64,000 nucleotides of DNA from Paragordius varius (Eukaryota > Animalia > Nematomorpha): assembly GCA_964247055.1 (NCBI GenBank), contig OZ176052.1, forward strand, positions 12,462,001 to 12,526,000, written 5' to 3'. The translations under genes were made by a program, and so were the position numbers. Shown one piece after another: positions 23,955 to 37,865 of the stretch (positions are counted from its first letter, which is position 1; every line of letters begins with the position of its first letter). Below the pieces are notes generated by a model. That model did not search any database and had not been told where the DNA came from. It saw nothing but the letters and a program-made list of their open reading frames with translations.

Positions 23955-26760
23955 CTAATATTGATTTAAAATTAGAAAATTACACCGATATATACAGTAA
24001 AAATAATAATTATAGAGACAAAAAGTAAAAACATAAGGAAGAATACTGTCGTTTGAAAAATATTTGCCTTTATTTTTTACATTTTGTCTGTATAATTTCA
24101 ATTTTTATTATTTAAAAATTTTTATATCTTACATACCGTTATCGTCCTGTGAATATTTGGATAGTGTTTTCCCCGTCAATAAATCTATCATATAAAATTT
24201 ATAAATGGTGAACTAGAAAAAATGATCAATAAAATATCTTTAATATTAAGCAAATTAAATTAAATTTGTTTAAAAAATGAACAAATTAGATACGCTTCTA
24301 CATGAAAAACATTGGTGTGTCAAATAACCAAAAGTTACATTCAGAGTTGGGTTGACCGTTCATAATAAACGGTATTTTGAATGGAATATTGTTTAGTAAT
24401 ACTTCCTTGGAAAAATACATACGTTTTTTAAAGCTTAAAAGTATAAAGTCACTTTTGTTAATGACAAAAAAATCGTACATCAAAATTATCGTCTATCTTT
24501 CATTTATGATTCTAAGAGTTAGACCATCATCCCAAAAAAATGCAAACAATATTGATGCTTTCGAATGTTGCTGTTATCGCAAAATTAAGAAAGAATGGAT
24601 CGATAGTTTCAACCGACGTGACGAAACATTTTAATTAACTTAAGAAATTAGCTTTTTGAAACTATCCACACTTTTAGGAAAAGCGCAATGGGAGCGAGAT
24701 AATTTGACGTAAATGTAATAATTTTAGCTTACAATTGATGTTGGCTTTTAGAAACGACCCGCGTGGAAATCTCAACCTCTATAGTCAATAACGACTTTGG
24801 ATTTTATCAAGAATAAAACAGTTTTCATTAAAATCGTTTTTAATAGAGTGAATAGCATTAGATAAAAATAAAATAATTTTTAATTTTTTTAAATTCAATT
24901 TTTCAAAAAATTGACCTGTTATATTTATCTATTAGTTCAACCCTAACCTACCCTTGTATTTAAGTTTCCAAACATCCAATTCTTCGCGCAATAGATTGAA
25001 TTTTTTCTGATAATCGACAAGAGACATTATCAACTTGTCATCAGTAACATTGTGAAAATGGTAGGCGGCTGGTTTAAAATTTTTGTTTTTACAATAATTA
25101 TTTTTAACTTTTAAACCATATTTCCTGCGTTTGTCATGTTGAGGCCTCTAGGGTATAAAAAGTTAGGTACTTTTTATTTATGGATATAGATTTTATAGAA
25201 ATAAAACCAATATTGATAAATTTAGCTAGTCATTTAGACTCTTATGGTTTTATATATAAATATATATTAATTTTTAGAAGGAATTGCAATAAATACCTAA
25301 GTTCGTTTCAGGTTTAATAGGTGTAACAAATAAATAAAGCCCTCATATTATACTTATGGTTGTAAATTTTAGATTAAAAATTGTTTTGCATGAAATTATT
25401 TAGCCTAATCTGTAAACAGTAATAAAAATACCCAAATGTAGAAATAATTTCTAAATGACACAAATGACTTACGTGAAAAAAGGAAATCATAAGTCGTGCC
25501 TCTTAATATACCATAATGTTGCATTTAAAATATTTAACATAACAACAATCATTTCACATAATTTTGGCTATTAATTAGTTTCAATAAAAATGCATTAAGT
25601 TTGAGTATACCAATTTTCAATGGATATTAAGTCAAATTAATTGAGTATCAAAACACGGAAAAATATATTTTAGCTTTCGCACTTGACAAATGGTTTTAAT
25701 ATATAAGGGCGGTTTTACCCTTTTACCCTATTTAACTCATTAAAAATGGAAATCTCTTATTATCAGATGGTGGTAGGCTCATTGTATTTAATGATTTTAG
25801 GAATTAGGAATCATTTTATTTTCCGACTTTTCTCTATATGCCTCCGAACCATTAATACTGTATAATGAGTTATTGATAATCCTACCTAGCAAATATTATT
25901 ATAAAGTGTGCTAATGTAAGGATAAATGCCAAATTGTGATAAAATGACACTTCCAAATCCATATAACTCATTTCTTCCAATCATGTTCTCAAAAAAGCCT
26001 TCAAGTATTTCTATCGTTATTTAAATACACCCATATGTTATTTTTGTGTCCCCGAATCAAATATTTTAATTAAATAGGGGCAGAAAGAATATAACCCAAT
26101 CGTATTTTCTAATAAAAAAAGTATTAAGTTATATTTGTTTAAACCCTTATCCATCAAACTCGGAAGATATCCACATACATTCATGATTTAAACAACAATT
26201 TATGCATTTAAAAAAATTCCAAAAAAACAAGAGTTTCCAATAGGTTATAGAGTGAATATATAAATATTAATTCTTTGTTTAGCTATTAATATTTTTATTG
26301 TCTCTTATAAAATTTTACGTTGAAAACGCTTGTTTTAATTACTTTTGTTTGGGCTCCCCAAAACACAACTGCAAATGTCTATTAAAAAACAAGATCTCTT
26401 CATTTTAAACGCAAAAAAACGCGATTAAGCAATAATTCAATAAAGATATAAACTTTCATATAAATAATAAATTTCTGCGAAAAAAACGCTTAAATAGCGT
26501 TAAATTAAATAACCACAAGGGCTATTTATATATAAAGGGAAAATACATCAAACATTGGAGTAGAGAAACCGATGCATATTAGCAATAAATTTAATTGGTA
26601 ACCAATCAGAAGACTAATATAAATGACTATGCATATTAAACATTTTTTATAAATACTTTTATTAAGAGTTTTATCTCTAATAGCCATTGGAATTAAATTA
26701 CAAAGCCCAATTTTAATTTAAAAAAAATAAATTATATACAAAATTAATAAATAATTTATT

Positions 26761-29700
26761 TTACACGGTTGAAGAATTAACCGTTAAAAGAGTGCCATCG
26801 ATTGCACTGTAAAATAAAGCGCCTTGCAAAGGTATATATTGTTTTGTAAGTAATTTAATACATTGTTGTGCGAGGATGCCACCGGCTATAGAACTCACGG
26901 CCTCAATTTCACCAATCATTTCATATTTTATGCTACAAAAAATTAAATAAAATAAAGATTATATATAAGGATTGAGTTTTTGACGGGTCAAAATTAATAA
27001 CGGGTCTGACCACTTATCAATGCAGTCATTCATAGCTATAACCCGTCAGTACCATAAATAATATATGCGTTGTTGTAACTAAATTAAACAAATTTGACGG
27101 TTTGAATTGGTTATTAATATCACAATTTTCGTAAAATTTTAACTTTAGAATAAAAATTTATAATTTATCAGATATTTAACATAAGTTAAATGTATGACTG
27201 GTTATTTTCAAAAGAGTGACACCATAATGCATTTATAAGTCAGACCCAACCATAGTTATATAATTATTATATCATATTTAATATAATTTCATTATAATTA
27301 GCGCCAATTATAAAATTAATAAATTATATTTATTTATTTACCCTTCTCTCACTAAGGCGCGCATTCTTTCATATTGATTTTTATCAAAAACACAACCATC
27401 ATTGCTTAAATGTTCACTAATTTGTGTTAGGATATCATCAGCCTCCATATTTTTTAACAGTGAATATTTTGGATTGCGATTTAATACAGTAAAAAGTTTA
27501 TGTAAAAGTAAAAAATCAAATTTGCTAAAATTTGAAGATCCAATATCCTCAGGAATATACGTTTTGATTTCATTTTTAAGGCTGTCGTTTAACATTTTTT
27601 GACACTCATCATAAGTCATACCAGGACATGTTTGGATATTTTTAGCATTTTTACCTGAGAAATTAAAATAAAAAAACTTACAAAATGCTTCAATTTCAGA
27701 CATGTCGACATATTTCAAAACTTCAAAAGCCCCAAACTAAAGAATTTAAAGATATGTAGATACTAGATCTTTGAGAATAGTTTGAAAAGCGGTACATTCC
27801 TCAGCAAATTGCTCCTTATAAAGTTGTAAAAGTTGGATGTAAATGTAAGAATCACAATTCATATCAGGTAATTGTCCTTTTATTGGCAAAAAACCTGAGA
27901 GCAAATACAGTATTAATAGAAATTATAAATTTAATATAGCTAAAAAAATAAAAGAATAATTTGTGTATAAAAAAACCATATTAGTTTTTATTTCTAAAAT
28001 TAATAAGAAACAGAGGTGTAAATTCGTACGACTCACTATAAACATATCATAATTATTATTTAAGTTACATAATTAAGGATTAAAAAATATGGTTTTTTAC
28101 AATATAAATATATTACTTTTTTTACCTTTTATGCTTTGTTTTTATAATTTTAAGTTTTACTGTATATAAAGCATACTTTTTAAACCATTATTTTATTAAT
28201 ATTTTATCGTTTTAGTAGTGAAGTAAGGTATAGAAATGTGGATTGATAAGATATTTACTTAAATAATTTACGATCAGCATGAAATAAACAAAGAAAAATA
28301 TGGTTTGGAAATTATTCTTTTATTTTTTAATTTAAGTGTACTGTATTAAACTACTGTGGCAAAAATTATACAAACAAAACGTAAAAACGAAAAGACAAAT
28401 ATATATTTTAGAAAAGACAACCATAATTTTATAATTTTGATCTTTTTAATTTTAAACTATCTTTTCCGCCGCATATAAATAGTGATGTAAATTGATTACA
28501 CTCTCAAATTTATATTTCAAAATTGTATTTTAATTTTAGTAATTATAAAGGTAAAAAGTATGGTTGTCTTTTTAAAAAAATATTTGTCTCTTAATTATTA
28601 CGTTTTGTCCGTTTATTTAAAATTTTTAATTGTAATACCATATTTCTCATAAAATGACTTGAGTGCACAAGCCTTCCACCAAAATTTAGTGTTTTCATCT
28701 CCGTTAAAAACAAAAGTGGTTTTTGCATTTATCATGCTTTTCCAAAAATCAATATTAGATCGTGGGTCCTCAAATATAGATTTTATGTTTTGAGGAATCT
28801 ACATTAACATATGATTAAAATGGTTACTTTAAATTTATACAAGAGAATCTGATATTAGGTGGAAAACAAAAATAGTGTGAAAATAGGAAGTAATCTTTTT
28901 TAATAAAACAATAAAAACGATTCTAATTGAAAATGGTCACAGTTCCATTTTCATAAATTGTTTTTTTGCTCATTTTTTTAATTTATTAGCCCATTTATTA
29001 TAACAAAACACTATAATCGGTGACTTAAATAGAATAAAAACGGTTTTTTATAAAAATAGATGCTGAAAAAATTAAAATTATTTTTTGGAATAGTTAGGAT
29101 TGCGATACTGGTTCTAAAAACAGTTCCGCAAATGATTTAAATTGTTACAAAAAAGTTTTTTCCCGATTCGATTCCTATTTTTTTCAAAAAATGAAGAATT
29201 ATATGATTTTTATCACAGGTCTCGTATAAACATACGATTTTATGTTTACTTGCTTATTATAGTAAATTTTCTCCTTAAACATATATAAAATCCTTAATAG
29301 ACAATTTTACTAAAAATACATGTTTAAAAGTCATAATATAATAATCCTTAAAACATTTAAAAAAACCATTTAAACTATCACGATAAAGAATAAATAGTTA
29401 AAAATTACTTGAAAAGGAGGAATTATCATGGTATTAACTGCTTTAATGCAATCACTTTCAAATTCCTGAATGCTTTCCCGTTCTTCAACAATGCAATTCA
29501 TGTTACATTCTTTGATTAAAATGATAAATTATGTATACCATTTTTAATGTAATCTTTAAATTGATTTTTAACATCAAATGTTATTGACTTGTTGTACGAA
29601 CCCGATGTAGTCTATAATTTTATGCATAAAAAATTTACATTAAATTCATCCCAAAAGCGTATTAAACCGATAATGTATGGATATTTGGCTAAATCCTGTA

Positions 29701-30352
29701 ACATATAAAATTTATTATAATACTTTAATTGGCATCTCATCAATTTTATTAATTTTTAAAAAGTTTTTCAGCCTGTCAAATGGTTTAGTGACCCGTAAGT
29801 CCAAAATTTCATTTTCGACGTTTCTTTCAATAACTTATTGATTAAATAAATATATATACTATTTGTTTCTGGGTGTATGATTGTCGCAAAAAACATCATA
29901 CCTTTGTTATATGAAAGCAAAAGCGGTAAAGATTGAGACCAGGAATTTAAAATAAAATCGATACAATTAAAATAATCTGATATAATAAAATCGAAATTTT
30001 CGTATTGGTCAATGCAAAGATTCTTTAATAAATGAAAATGTACTTCTAGCAAATTTATGGACGTGTCGGGATTCATAGTTGATATATTATCTAAAATTGA
30101 TTTCACATTATTATTGCCATTATAAAAATTTTGAGTAGGGTTTTCTTTTACAAATATCGAAATTTTACCAACACCTATTATAAATTTATAAAGAAACCTG
30201 CGAGAACCAAATTTTTTAAAATTTCACAATTTATAAATGTTAAATTAATGATGCAAATATGAGATTCACTCAATTTTTTTTGCCCATGCAATCCCCATAA
30301 TCTATAAAATAGAATATGTTAGGTACCGAGTTTGCCTATCAAATTTCTGCAT
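26761..30352 (-). CDS. NAE1: NEDD8-activating enzyme E1 regulatory subunit (APP-BP1/Ula1); 12 exons: 30327-30352, 30198-30301, 29860-30174, 29724-29833, 29639-29695, 29539-29611, 29409-29509, 28639-28798, 27764-27894, 27682-27736, 27342-27654, 26761-26932
   Basis: Spliced product [16 protein letters not shown]...[12 protein letters not shown]...DLRVTKPF...[10 protein letters not shown]...[18 protein letters not shown]. All 11 GT-AG introns (25, 23, 26, 28, 27, 29, 610, 744, 27, 27, 409 nt) keep the frame. Confidence 0.92.
28352..28634. mobile_element. MITE family D (GGACAAAACGTAAAAA...AGACAAATAT arms) in NAE1 intron 8
   Basis: Internal inverted repeat. Similar to 56937-57228 and to TACAGTAAA-ended fragments at 18846 and ~23993. 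Confidence 0.6.
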
Positions 30353-30795
30353 GGTTTAAATTTAAAAAATATGTGTGAAAAAAACGTAAAGCTGTTTTTA
30401 TATAAGGAATAAAATTAGTTGCAAAATTCAGTTTAAAATTCAATATTTTTTAAGATGGTTTTTACTCAATTAAATACGATCATAAATGTTTTAGTGAAAA
30501 GCTTTGATATTCTATTTTGTAATTAAAATTTAATATAACATTAAAATCCAATTATTTTTAAAATTAAGTCTAATTCTATTTCTACACATTATTATTATTA
30601 TATATCAGTTTTTAGTGGTTTAAAATTTGGCGGCTAATTTAGAGAGTATGTTAGTAATTTAATCGATAAACTATTTTTGTGTAATGCGCTTGCCTGGCGA
30701 TTTGCATGTTTAAAAATGGATATAATGCCAGAGAAACTTTTTGGGTCATATATACCTAAACTCCATTTGCTTTTGGATAATTCAATAACCTAGAC

Positions 30796-33088
30796 CAGTG
30801 GTACTCACCTAAAAAATTTGACGGGCCAAATAAAATATATTTTTTTTTCGAGGGCCATAAACCTTATAATGGCAAATATTCCATAGCTATTTAACACATA
30901 TGCACATATTTATACTCTAAATCAGCACAATGAATTTTTTGCGGATCGCATGTAAATCCAGCTAAAAACTGGTTTTACCATTTGGTTTAAAAATAAAAAA
31001 TTTTGATAACAATTTTTATTTCGATATTAACCAATATTTTTTGACAAATTTGGTTTCACCTCATGGCAGGACAATCTTAATACGTCGTCCCAATGATCAT
31101 CGGTTAAGCAGTTTCTGTATGTATTCTTGACATATTTTATTTTTTAAGACTTCTCGCTTGTATAAGTTGAGGGGAAAAGAGTTAATATAACCTGAGCACA
31201 TTTTTTTATTTTCATATCTATTTGGCACCTATTGCCAAAACTCTACATATCTTTCTTCTCTATGATTCTCTTTGAATATCCAAATTAGAATTTTTAAAAC
31301 CTACGAAGTCTGAAATGATATGCGTCTGATCAAAACCCAAATGCTCAAGTTGTTTAATATTGAATATATCCATATGCCATGGATTTTCAACGAGTTTTAA
31401 GCAATTCTTAATATATCTTAATTGAAATCTGAATTATTGGAAAATATAGGAGTGTTTAATTTATAAAATTTAGTTTATATTATTATTAGCAAATTGGGTT
31501 ATTATTTTACTTTCTTGACGACGTATTTAAAAGTTTATAAGAAATGTCGCATAGGTAGGCTAATAAAACCCACCATATGTCACTATTAATTTCCTCGTCA
31601 AACTTTCTGTTATCTTTTATAAATAATAGAATTTCATGTCTTAAAACGAAAAATCTATTTTATACTTTGCTAAGGCTTAGCCATCTCACAGCGATAATCA
31701 AACTCACTGTGGATATCTTTCAGAAGGTTTTTTAATTTACGGCGGTTGAGTTCTCTGCCACGAATTGGTTAACTATGTCCACAACTGTTTTAATTACTGA
31801 ATGTGCTTCATCTTTTATACGCGAAACCAAGTTTGATGAATAAATCAGTGAAATGATAAAATATTTTGTAAATTATATTTGTTTTTCGAAAGAGGAATAT
31901 ATCCTTTGGTTATTCAAATCATAGAGGGACAGCCATGTGTGCAGATCGAAACCAATTTTTCATAGATATACCATTATTATCGAAAAAAGTGTTAATTATT
32001 TCAAGAAAATCAATTCCTATCGTGGTATTATTTTGTCGTTGCAAAATCTTACGAAGAGCGCACATTGAGGTGTTGTACTAATATCAGGCTAGAATTAATA
32101 GCATTACTAAAATTTTTGCAGTTTTCCAGTGCCAATAATGTATTGTTAAAAATATATTTAGACTATTAAAGTTTTTTAATTTGCCTCATCATTTGATCTT
32201 TATACGGAATTTATTAAATAAAAAGTGCAACCATTTATTAGACATTCTTTTAGTTAGGAATCAGTAAACGGTTTCATATTTTTTCCTAAAATATAACAAA
32301 TTTCATACGAAGCTAATTATACAACTTTTTCCTGGGAGAAAGCTATGGACATAGATTTTCCTTTCTGGTATAATTCCTTATTCTTTTTATATTTTTCGTT
32401 TTTCCTCATGTTTGGTAATTTATGAGAATAATGGATTGTAAAATTTTTTCAATATTGTATTTTTTAATAATTATGTTGTCCTTACATGGCAGGTCACAAC
32501 ATTTTTATTTTAAACGACAAAGATTTTTTTTCCCATTCTTTTTTTAAGGTCAATTTTCATCGGATAATTCACGTTTTTTAGCATTAGATGTCATCCTTTG
32601 AATTTATGTTTAAATATTATGTTAATTTTTTCAAAAAATAGGAGTTTAATTTGAATTACGCTATAAAAAAAACAAGTTGAGATTTAATGATGTTTATTTG
32701 AAAAATATTTTATGGGAATGAGCTATGAAAAATGAGGCAGGATAGCTATGAAAAGATTATGTATATGCAAGTATGGGTGACAGGCTTGCTTAAATACAAA
32801 AAAGGAATGCAATAAAAATTTCTAAATAGAAAAGATAATAGAATACAGAAACAACGTGTGCCAAAATTTTGAAATTATAATGTAGTACGGAAATTTTTCT
32901 ACATTTCGAATTGGGTAAAAAATAATAACTACCAAAATTAAATTTAAAGAAAATAAATTAATATTAAAATAATCGGAAATTCGTTTATGTGTTAAAAAAA
33001 TAATATAAGTATCAATATGGTCATAGGGCAATTTTGAAGCACTCTTAGGGCCGCATGCGGCCCGCGGGCCGCGGTTTAAGTATCACTG
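30796..33088 (-). mobile_element. hAT (Buster/SPIN-like) transposon with decayed transposase
   Basis: TIRs CAGTGGTACTCA / TAAGTATCACTG. Perfect 8-bp TSD ACCTAGAC (30788-30795 and 33089-33096) with central TA. Minus-strand remnants ASYEICYILGKNMKPFTDS-LKECL and AVRWLS. Confidence 0.92.
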
Positions 33089-33126
33089 ACCTAGACCAAT
33101 TTAAAATTAATTATCTTAAAATATTT

Positions 33127-33530
33127 TTAAGGTATTTAGCCGTATTAAAAAATATGCTTTTTTAGTCTTTTAGGCACAATAAAAAAAATTATCATATTCC
33201 ATTTTTTCTATCAATTTTTTGAAGTCGCTAATGCAACAGGCCAATAAATGTATATTATGGTTAAAAAATGTAAGGTTAACTATAAAAACTTCAGACAATT
33301 TACCAGCAAAAGTTTGATACATTTTGAATATCAGCTGTTCCCTTCAATCGTTTGGAGCTGTCCCAATTTTAGGCTCTAAAAGTCACAAAACTATAAAAAA
33401 ATATAAACATTTTTATCAAATACATTAAAACAATGTTTGATAATTTTATCAATAGTTTATTATTGAGCGCTAAGTGTAAACTAGGACAAAAAGTGAAAAT
33501 GTAATGAAGCGTTAAAAGTGTTTAGAGTAC
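33127..33530 (+). repeat. Repeat family E, copy 3 (uninterrupted; empty site for the 21084 insertion)
   Basis: Colinear with copies 1 and 2. Reads AAGTCACAAAACTATAAAAAAATATAAACATTTTT across the insertion point. Confidence 0.7.
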
Positions 33531-34246
33531 AATTCAAAAACAATAAAGTAAAGAAAGATAATTAGTTTCTCAGATTTAAATATGCTAAAAAACCATTATC
33601 AGAAAATGCATGATTCGCATGATACATTAAGTTTTGGGCCTTATGGTTCATTTAGAAAGTTAACTTTGCCTTTATGAGGTTGCGTATAGGGTGAGCAGAT
33701 TAGCGTACATTACCGCAATTTTAATAATACGGTAAAATTATTTGAAAAGCAAATTCTGATAATTTTAAAATGTTGCATAAAAAATCGACGAAAGTTTACC
33801 CACACCACTATTTTATCAAAAATTTTAAAAATAATAAACAAATTTGCCATTTTATTTTTCCATAGTATTTTTTTGCATAATATTAATGCATATTTAAAAT
33901 CTCAAATAAATTTAGCTCTATAAAACATATAAAAAATTTAATTCAGTATATCATAGTTGTCTTATAGCCAACCCAAATTGTTGGTTTTTAATAACAACAT
34001 AATATGGAGATTATCATTATTAGCCTATTATAGCAATTACATAGCATTTCATATCGAGCAATTATGTTGTTTGTAAATTTTACCTTGGTTTTTGCCAAAG
34101 ACGCCGTGGAATTAATCAGAGACTATAAAAAGGACTGGAACCGAAATCCGAACTAAAAATGGCTTCCGTTAAAATCCCTGAAAATAACCATAAAAGTTTG
34201 TTTAATCATAAACAATATTGTTAGTGTAAACTTCATCACTATATAT

Positions 34247-34318
34247 GAGGGGTGGCCAACCTTTTTATCCCGCGGGCACGTATGATTATTAAGTATTAAA
34301 AGATTCATTTATAACTTA

Positions 34319-34352
<34 letters not shown>

Positions 34353-35343
34353 CAATTTACGGATTAGGGTGACTAGCACAGCCATTTTAAAAAAATATTA
34401 TTTTTATATAAAATTTTAATTTTATCGGAATATATAATGATGATTCGGAAGACCACTGGATGCCACAATGTACAAATACTAAAAGCATTTACATTTTTCA
34501 ATTTATTAAATTTACAATGGATAATTAACTGTACATCTTGCGACGGATTTTGAATGAATCAAGTAAAAAATAAATTTGTAGCTCTTAGAAAAAATCTTTA
34601 TTATTACCAGACCAGGTTTTAAATAATGGATATATGCTTCAAGATAATCGTAAATCAGAAAGAGTGTCGTGCCGTAGTTTTAAGCTAAGGTAAAGGAAAT
34701 GGTGTTGACATAATGAGCACAGCAGATGTAGGATGGTTGGGCTGTGCTGTATAATTATGTTTTATTGATTCTATAATATTCTTTTTGTCTTCATAATTTT
34801 AAAATGGCACTTTAGAAGTTTTAACAAAGCTTTTTTCCGAATTTATCCGTCCAGAAAAAATTTGTTGTTTTTCTGATAATTTATAGTGTGCAAATATGGA
34901 ATTTTTTGAATTTTTGATGTATTTTACAATGGAGTGTTTCTGAGCATTTTGCCCTTTCAATACCTTGATTTTGATTCAAAAATATCTGAATTGTATTTTA
35001 GATATATTTTATACGGTAGTGATTTTCTTTGGACATTTCTTTAAGCAAAGACAATTATCATTATTCATTAAAAAAAATTTTTTCCCATTAATTTCTATTT
35101 TATATTTTAGCATTATTCTGGCTTGTAATTTTAATTATAGTAATATAAGTTTGAAGGATACCTGCTTTTTTTTCCTAATTTAAACTATTTTCTATGGCAA
35201 TCACAATTTTTGTTAACAACAAAATTTTTTCAAACACAACAGAAAAATAAATTATAATTTCGTGGGGAAAAAATTCTTTGCGAAAATGTTTTGAAATCTC
35301 GCGGTCATGAAGTCAACTGCGGTCGACCGTTTGGCCACCCCTG
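34247..35343. mobile_element. Internally deleted hAT-like element
   Basis: Termini gAGGGGTGGCCAA / TTGGCCACCCCTG. Imperfect 8-bp flanks CTATATAT / ATGTATAT. Minus-strand YICCAHYVN remnant near 34710. Internal (TA)n at ~34319-34350. Confidence 0.65.
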
Positions 35344-36127
35344 ATGTATATTTTCTTTCTCGAGTTTCACAATTATTTTATGGTATTATACTCAATTCTT
35401 TTTATAATTTACTGAACGACTAACTAATTCAATACAATATATTTGTATAGCCACTAAAATCAGTAAAAATGTTTAAAAAAAATAGGATATTTTTAGTGTG
35501 AAGAAATTTTTTTAAAACCTCTATGTTAAATAGGCACTTAAGAAGCAATGTTTAAAACATAACCGCATCGGTGTATATGTCACTTACCTTATTTTAAACG
35601 CAAAACTATGTGCCTTAAGGATTTTTTTATATTAGGATTAAGGAACACTAATATTTAATAATTACACCCATTGTTTTGTTTTACACCGTGAGCGGTACTT
35701 TCCAAATATTTAAAATCTGGAAATATTTTATAAATAATTCGTTGGTGATGTCTTTTAAAAAAATTAATAAAAAAAACCATTTATACTTAAAAAAAATTAA
35801 CTACGCACACGATTCCTTTATGCTTGTACTTATAAATTTAAGCCTTCGTTTAAATTTAAATAATAATATATAAGTTTAACTAATTAAATAAATAAATTAA
35901 TATATATTTTAATAAATATAAAACATGATTGATAATTTATATTTCGGATTTTTCGGAGATATAAAACAGACACCGAAATCTCACAAATCTTTTTGAATAC
36001 ATCGTTTTGAATGTGCGTCTTTTGTCTTTCTTATTCAAAAATAAAATACCAGATGTCTTTATGGATTTCATTAACTCTCTATGAATTAAATTAATTTTTT
36101 TAGCCTTCGTATTATTCTATTTAAGAT

Positions 36128-37258
36128 ATGAGTAAAATATTCACCATAATATTAATATGGTCTGCAATTATCGGTAATTAAAACTTTAAATTTCGTCTTT
36201 ACCAATATCATTGTTTTTATGTGTGTGCGATAGACATATCCTGGGAACAATCCTATTATTTCGATGTGAATTCTGGCCAATGCAAATCACTCTACATCGA
36301 TTACCAATGTCGAGACAATCAACTTTATTACGCGAGTTATCATGAATGCAGATCTTCTTGTTTCTACTCAAAAAGATGGCCAACTTTCGCCCCACCAGTT
36401 CCACCCCCGCCTCCTCCACCTACTTTGCCTCCGAGTAAGTCGAATTTTGTCTTAAATACATATATTATTTTGTTGGATTAAAACAAAAGTTAAATGGGCT
36501 AAATTTTATTTTTTCCGTAATTAATTTTTTTCGACATCAAAGTGGCTATCACTGCTTATTTAACAATCATCTTTTTCATGAAAATGGTGGAAATCCTATT
36601 TAAATGTTAAAATACATTGATTAGGGTTGGGTCTGAACGGTTTGAATGAATTCAAGACGGCTGCTATATAGAAATAACATAACTTTCAAATTCATATTTA
36701 TCATGTGGTATAATTAATATGAAACGAATATATAAAATACAAAATCAATATCAATCTTTTTTCATCATTTGTAATTAATTTAATAATATAAATCAATTTT
36801 AACGGTTAACTTCCTTTTTTTGGTGCAATAACAACATATTTCCGTGTAATTATGACTAAGACCATAAATTCCTGCTTTCATTAACGATCAGCAGCTTATT
36901 TTCTAGTTACAAACCCCCAAGTCTAACCCTTATACATATACTTATTTACCCGAAAATTCCCATTTAAATATAATTTTTATATAATGCTTACATTACAGTC
37001 ACCATAGATAAGTGTACCCTACCAGTCTCGTACGGGGAATATTGTCAAACCAATAATAACAATAATAATTATCTATTCACTTATTTGACAACACCAGTTA
37101 CCACTTTTCTGCGTTACTACTATGATCCATTCAAGAAATCTTGTCTTATGTTCAATTATCGAGGATGTGGGGGCAATGAAAACAATTTCGTCTCCAGAAA
37201 TGAATGTGAAATGAATTGCCCTCAACAACCGTCTTCAATTTACCAATACCTCGATTAA
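36128..37258 (+). CDS. Small secreted Kunitz/BPTI-like protein; exons 36128-36173, 36234-36434, 36999 (or 37008)-37258
   Basis: Signal-like [15 protein letters not shown], then a half-Kunitz [10 protein letters not shown]...C...ECRSSC, a poly-Pro linker, and a full Kunitz CTLP...YC...[26 protein letters not shown]...ECEMNC. Phase-1 GT-AG introns keep the frame. Confidence 0.85.
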
Positions 37259-37865
37259 ATTAAGAAAATTTTTTAAGATAATTAATATTGTCATTTGCAT
37301 ATTTGGATTTGAAATACATTTTAACGGTTTAAGCCATAATAATAACTAATAACTAATAAATATTGATTTGAATCATTTTACAGTTAAATTAAATATCCTT
37401 TTGTGTATGGTATTACTCTTTGGAATTGACACATAATTTAGTCCTTCTATTGGCATCATATCAACTCTCTAAATAGCACTGAGTGGAACAATTATTTTTT
37501 ATCGGTCTGTTAAAATTAATAAGACATCGATTATATTATATCTCAATTCAAGGGATAGGACTAATTATTTGTAAAACATATAAGGCGAATCGAAATGAAA
37601 CATTTTTTAAATAATTACATGTTATTACTATAATTATGGTAGTTTTTAGAATCTAAATCAAATATCTGAATAATGCCATATTTCATAGTCAAACGATTGT
37701 CTATTTGTTAACAATATTTACGATGATATGATATTTATTGGCGATGATTGAAGACTAAAGTTCTAAGCATATATCACATAAACATATAAAAAAATTATGA
37801 TAAAATTATTACTTTCCAATGTTGATTGATGGATTTATATTTGTCATTTAAAAACACAAAAAAAA

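Noticed and set aside
26761-30352. Alternative genetic code or programmed frameshifting to explain broken ORFs
   Set aside because: In the gene models above every stop and frameshift falls inside a GT-AG segment whose removal restores the frame under the standard code (only the LEPROT first junction is ambiguous).
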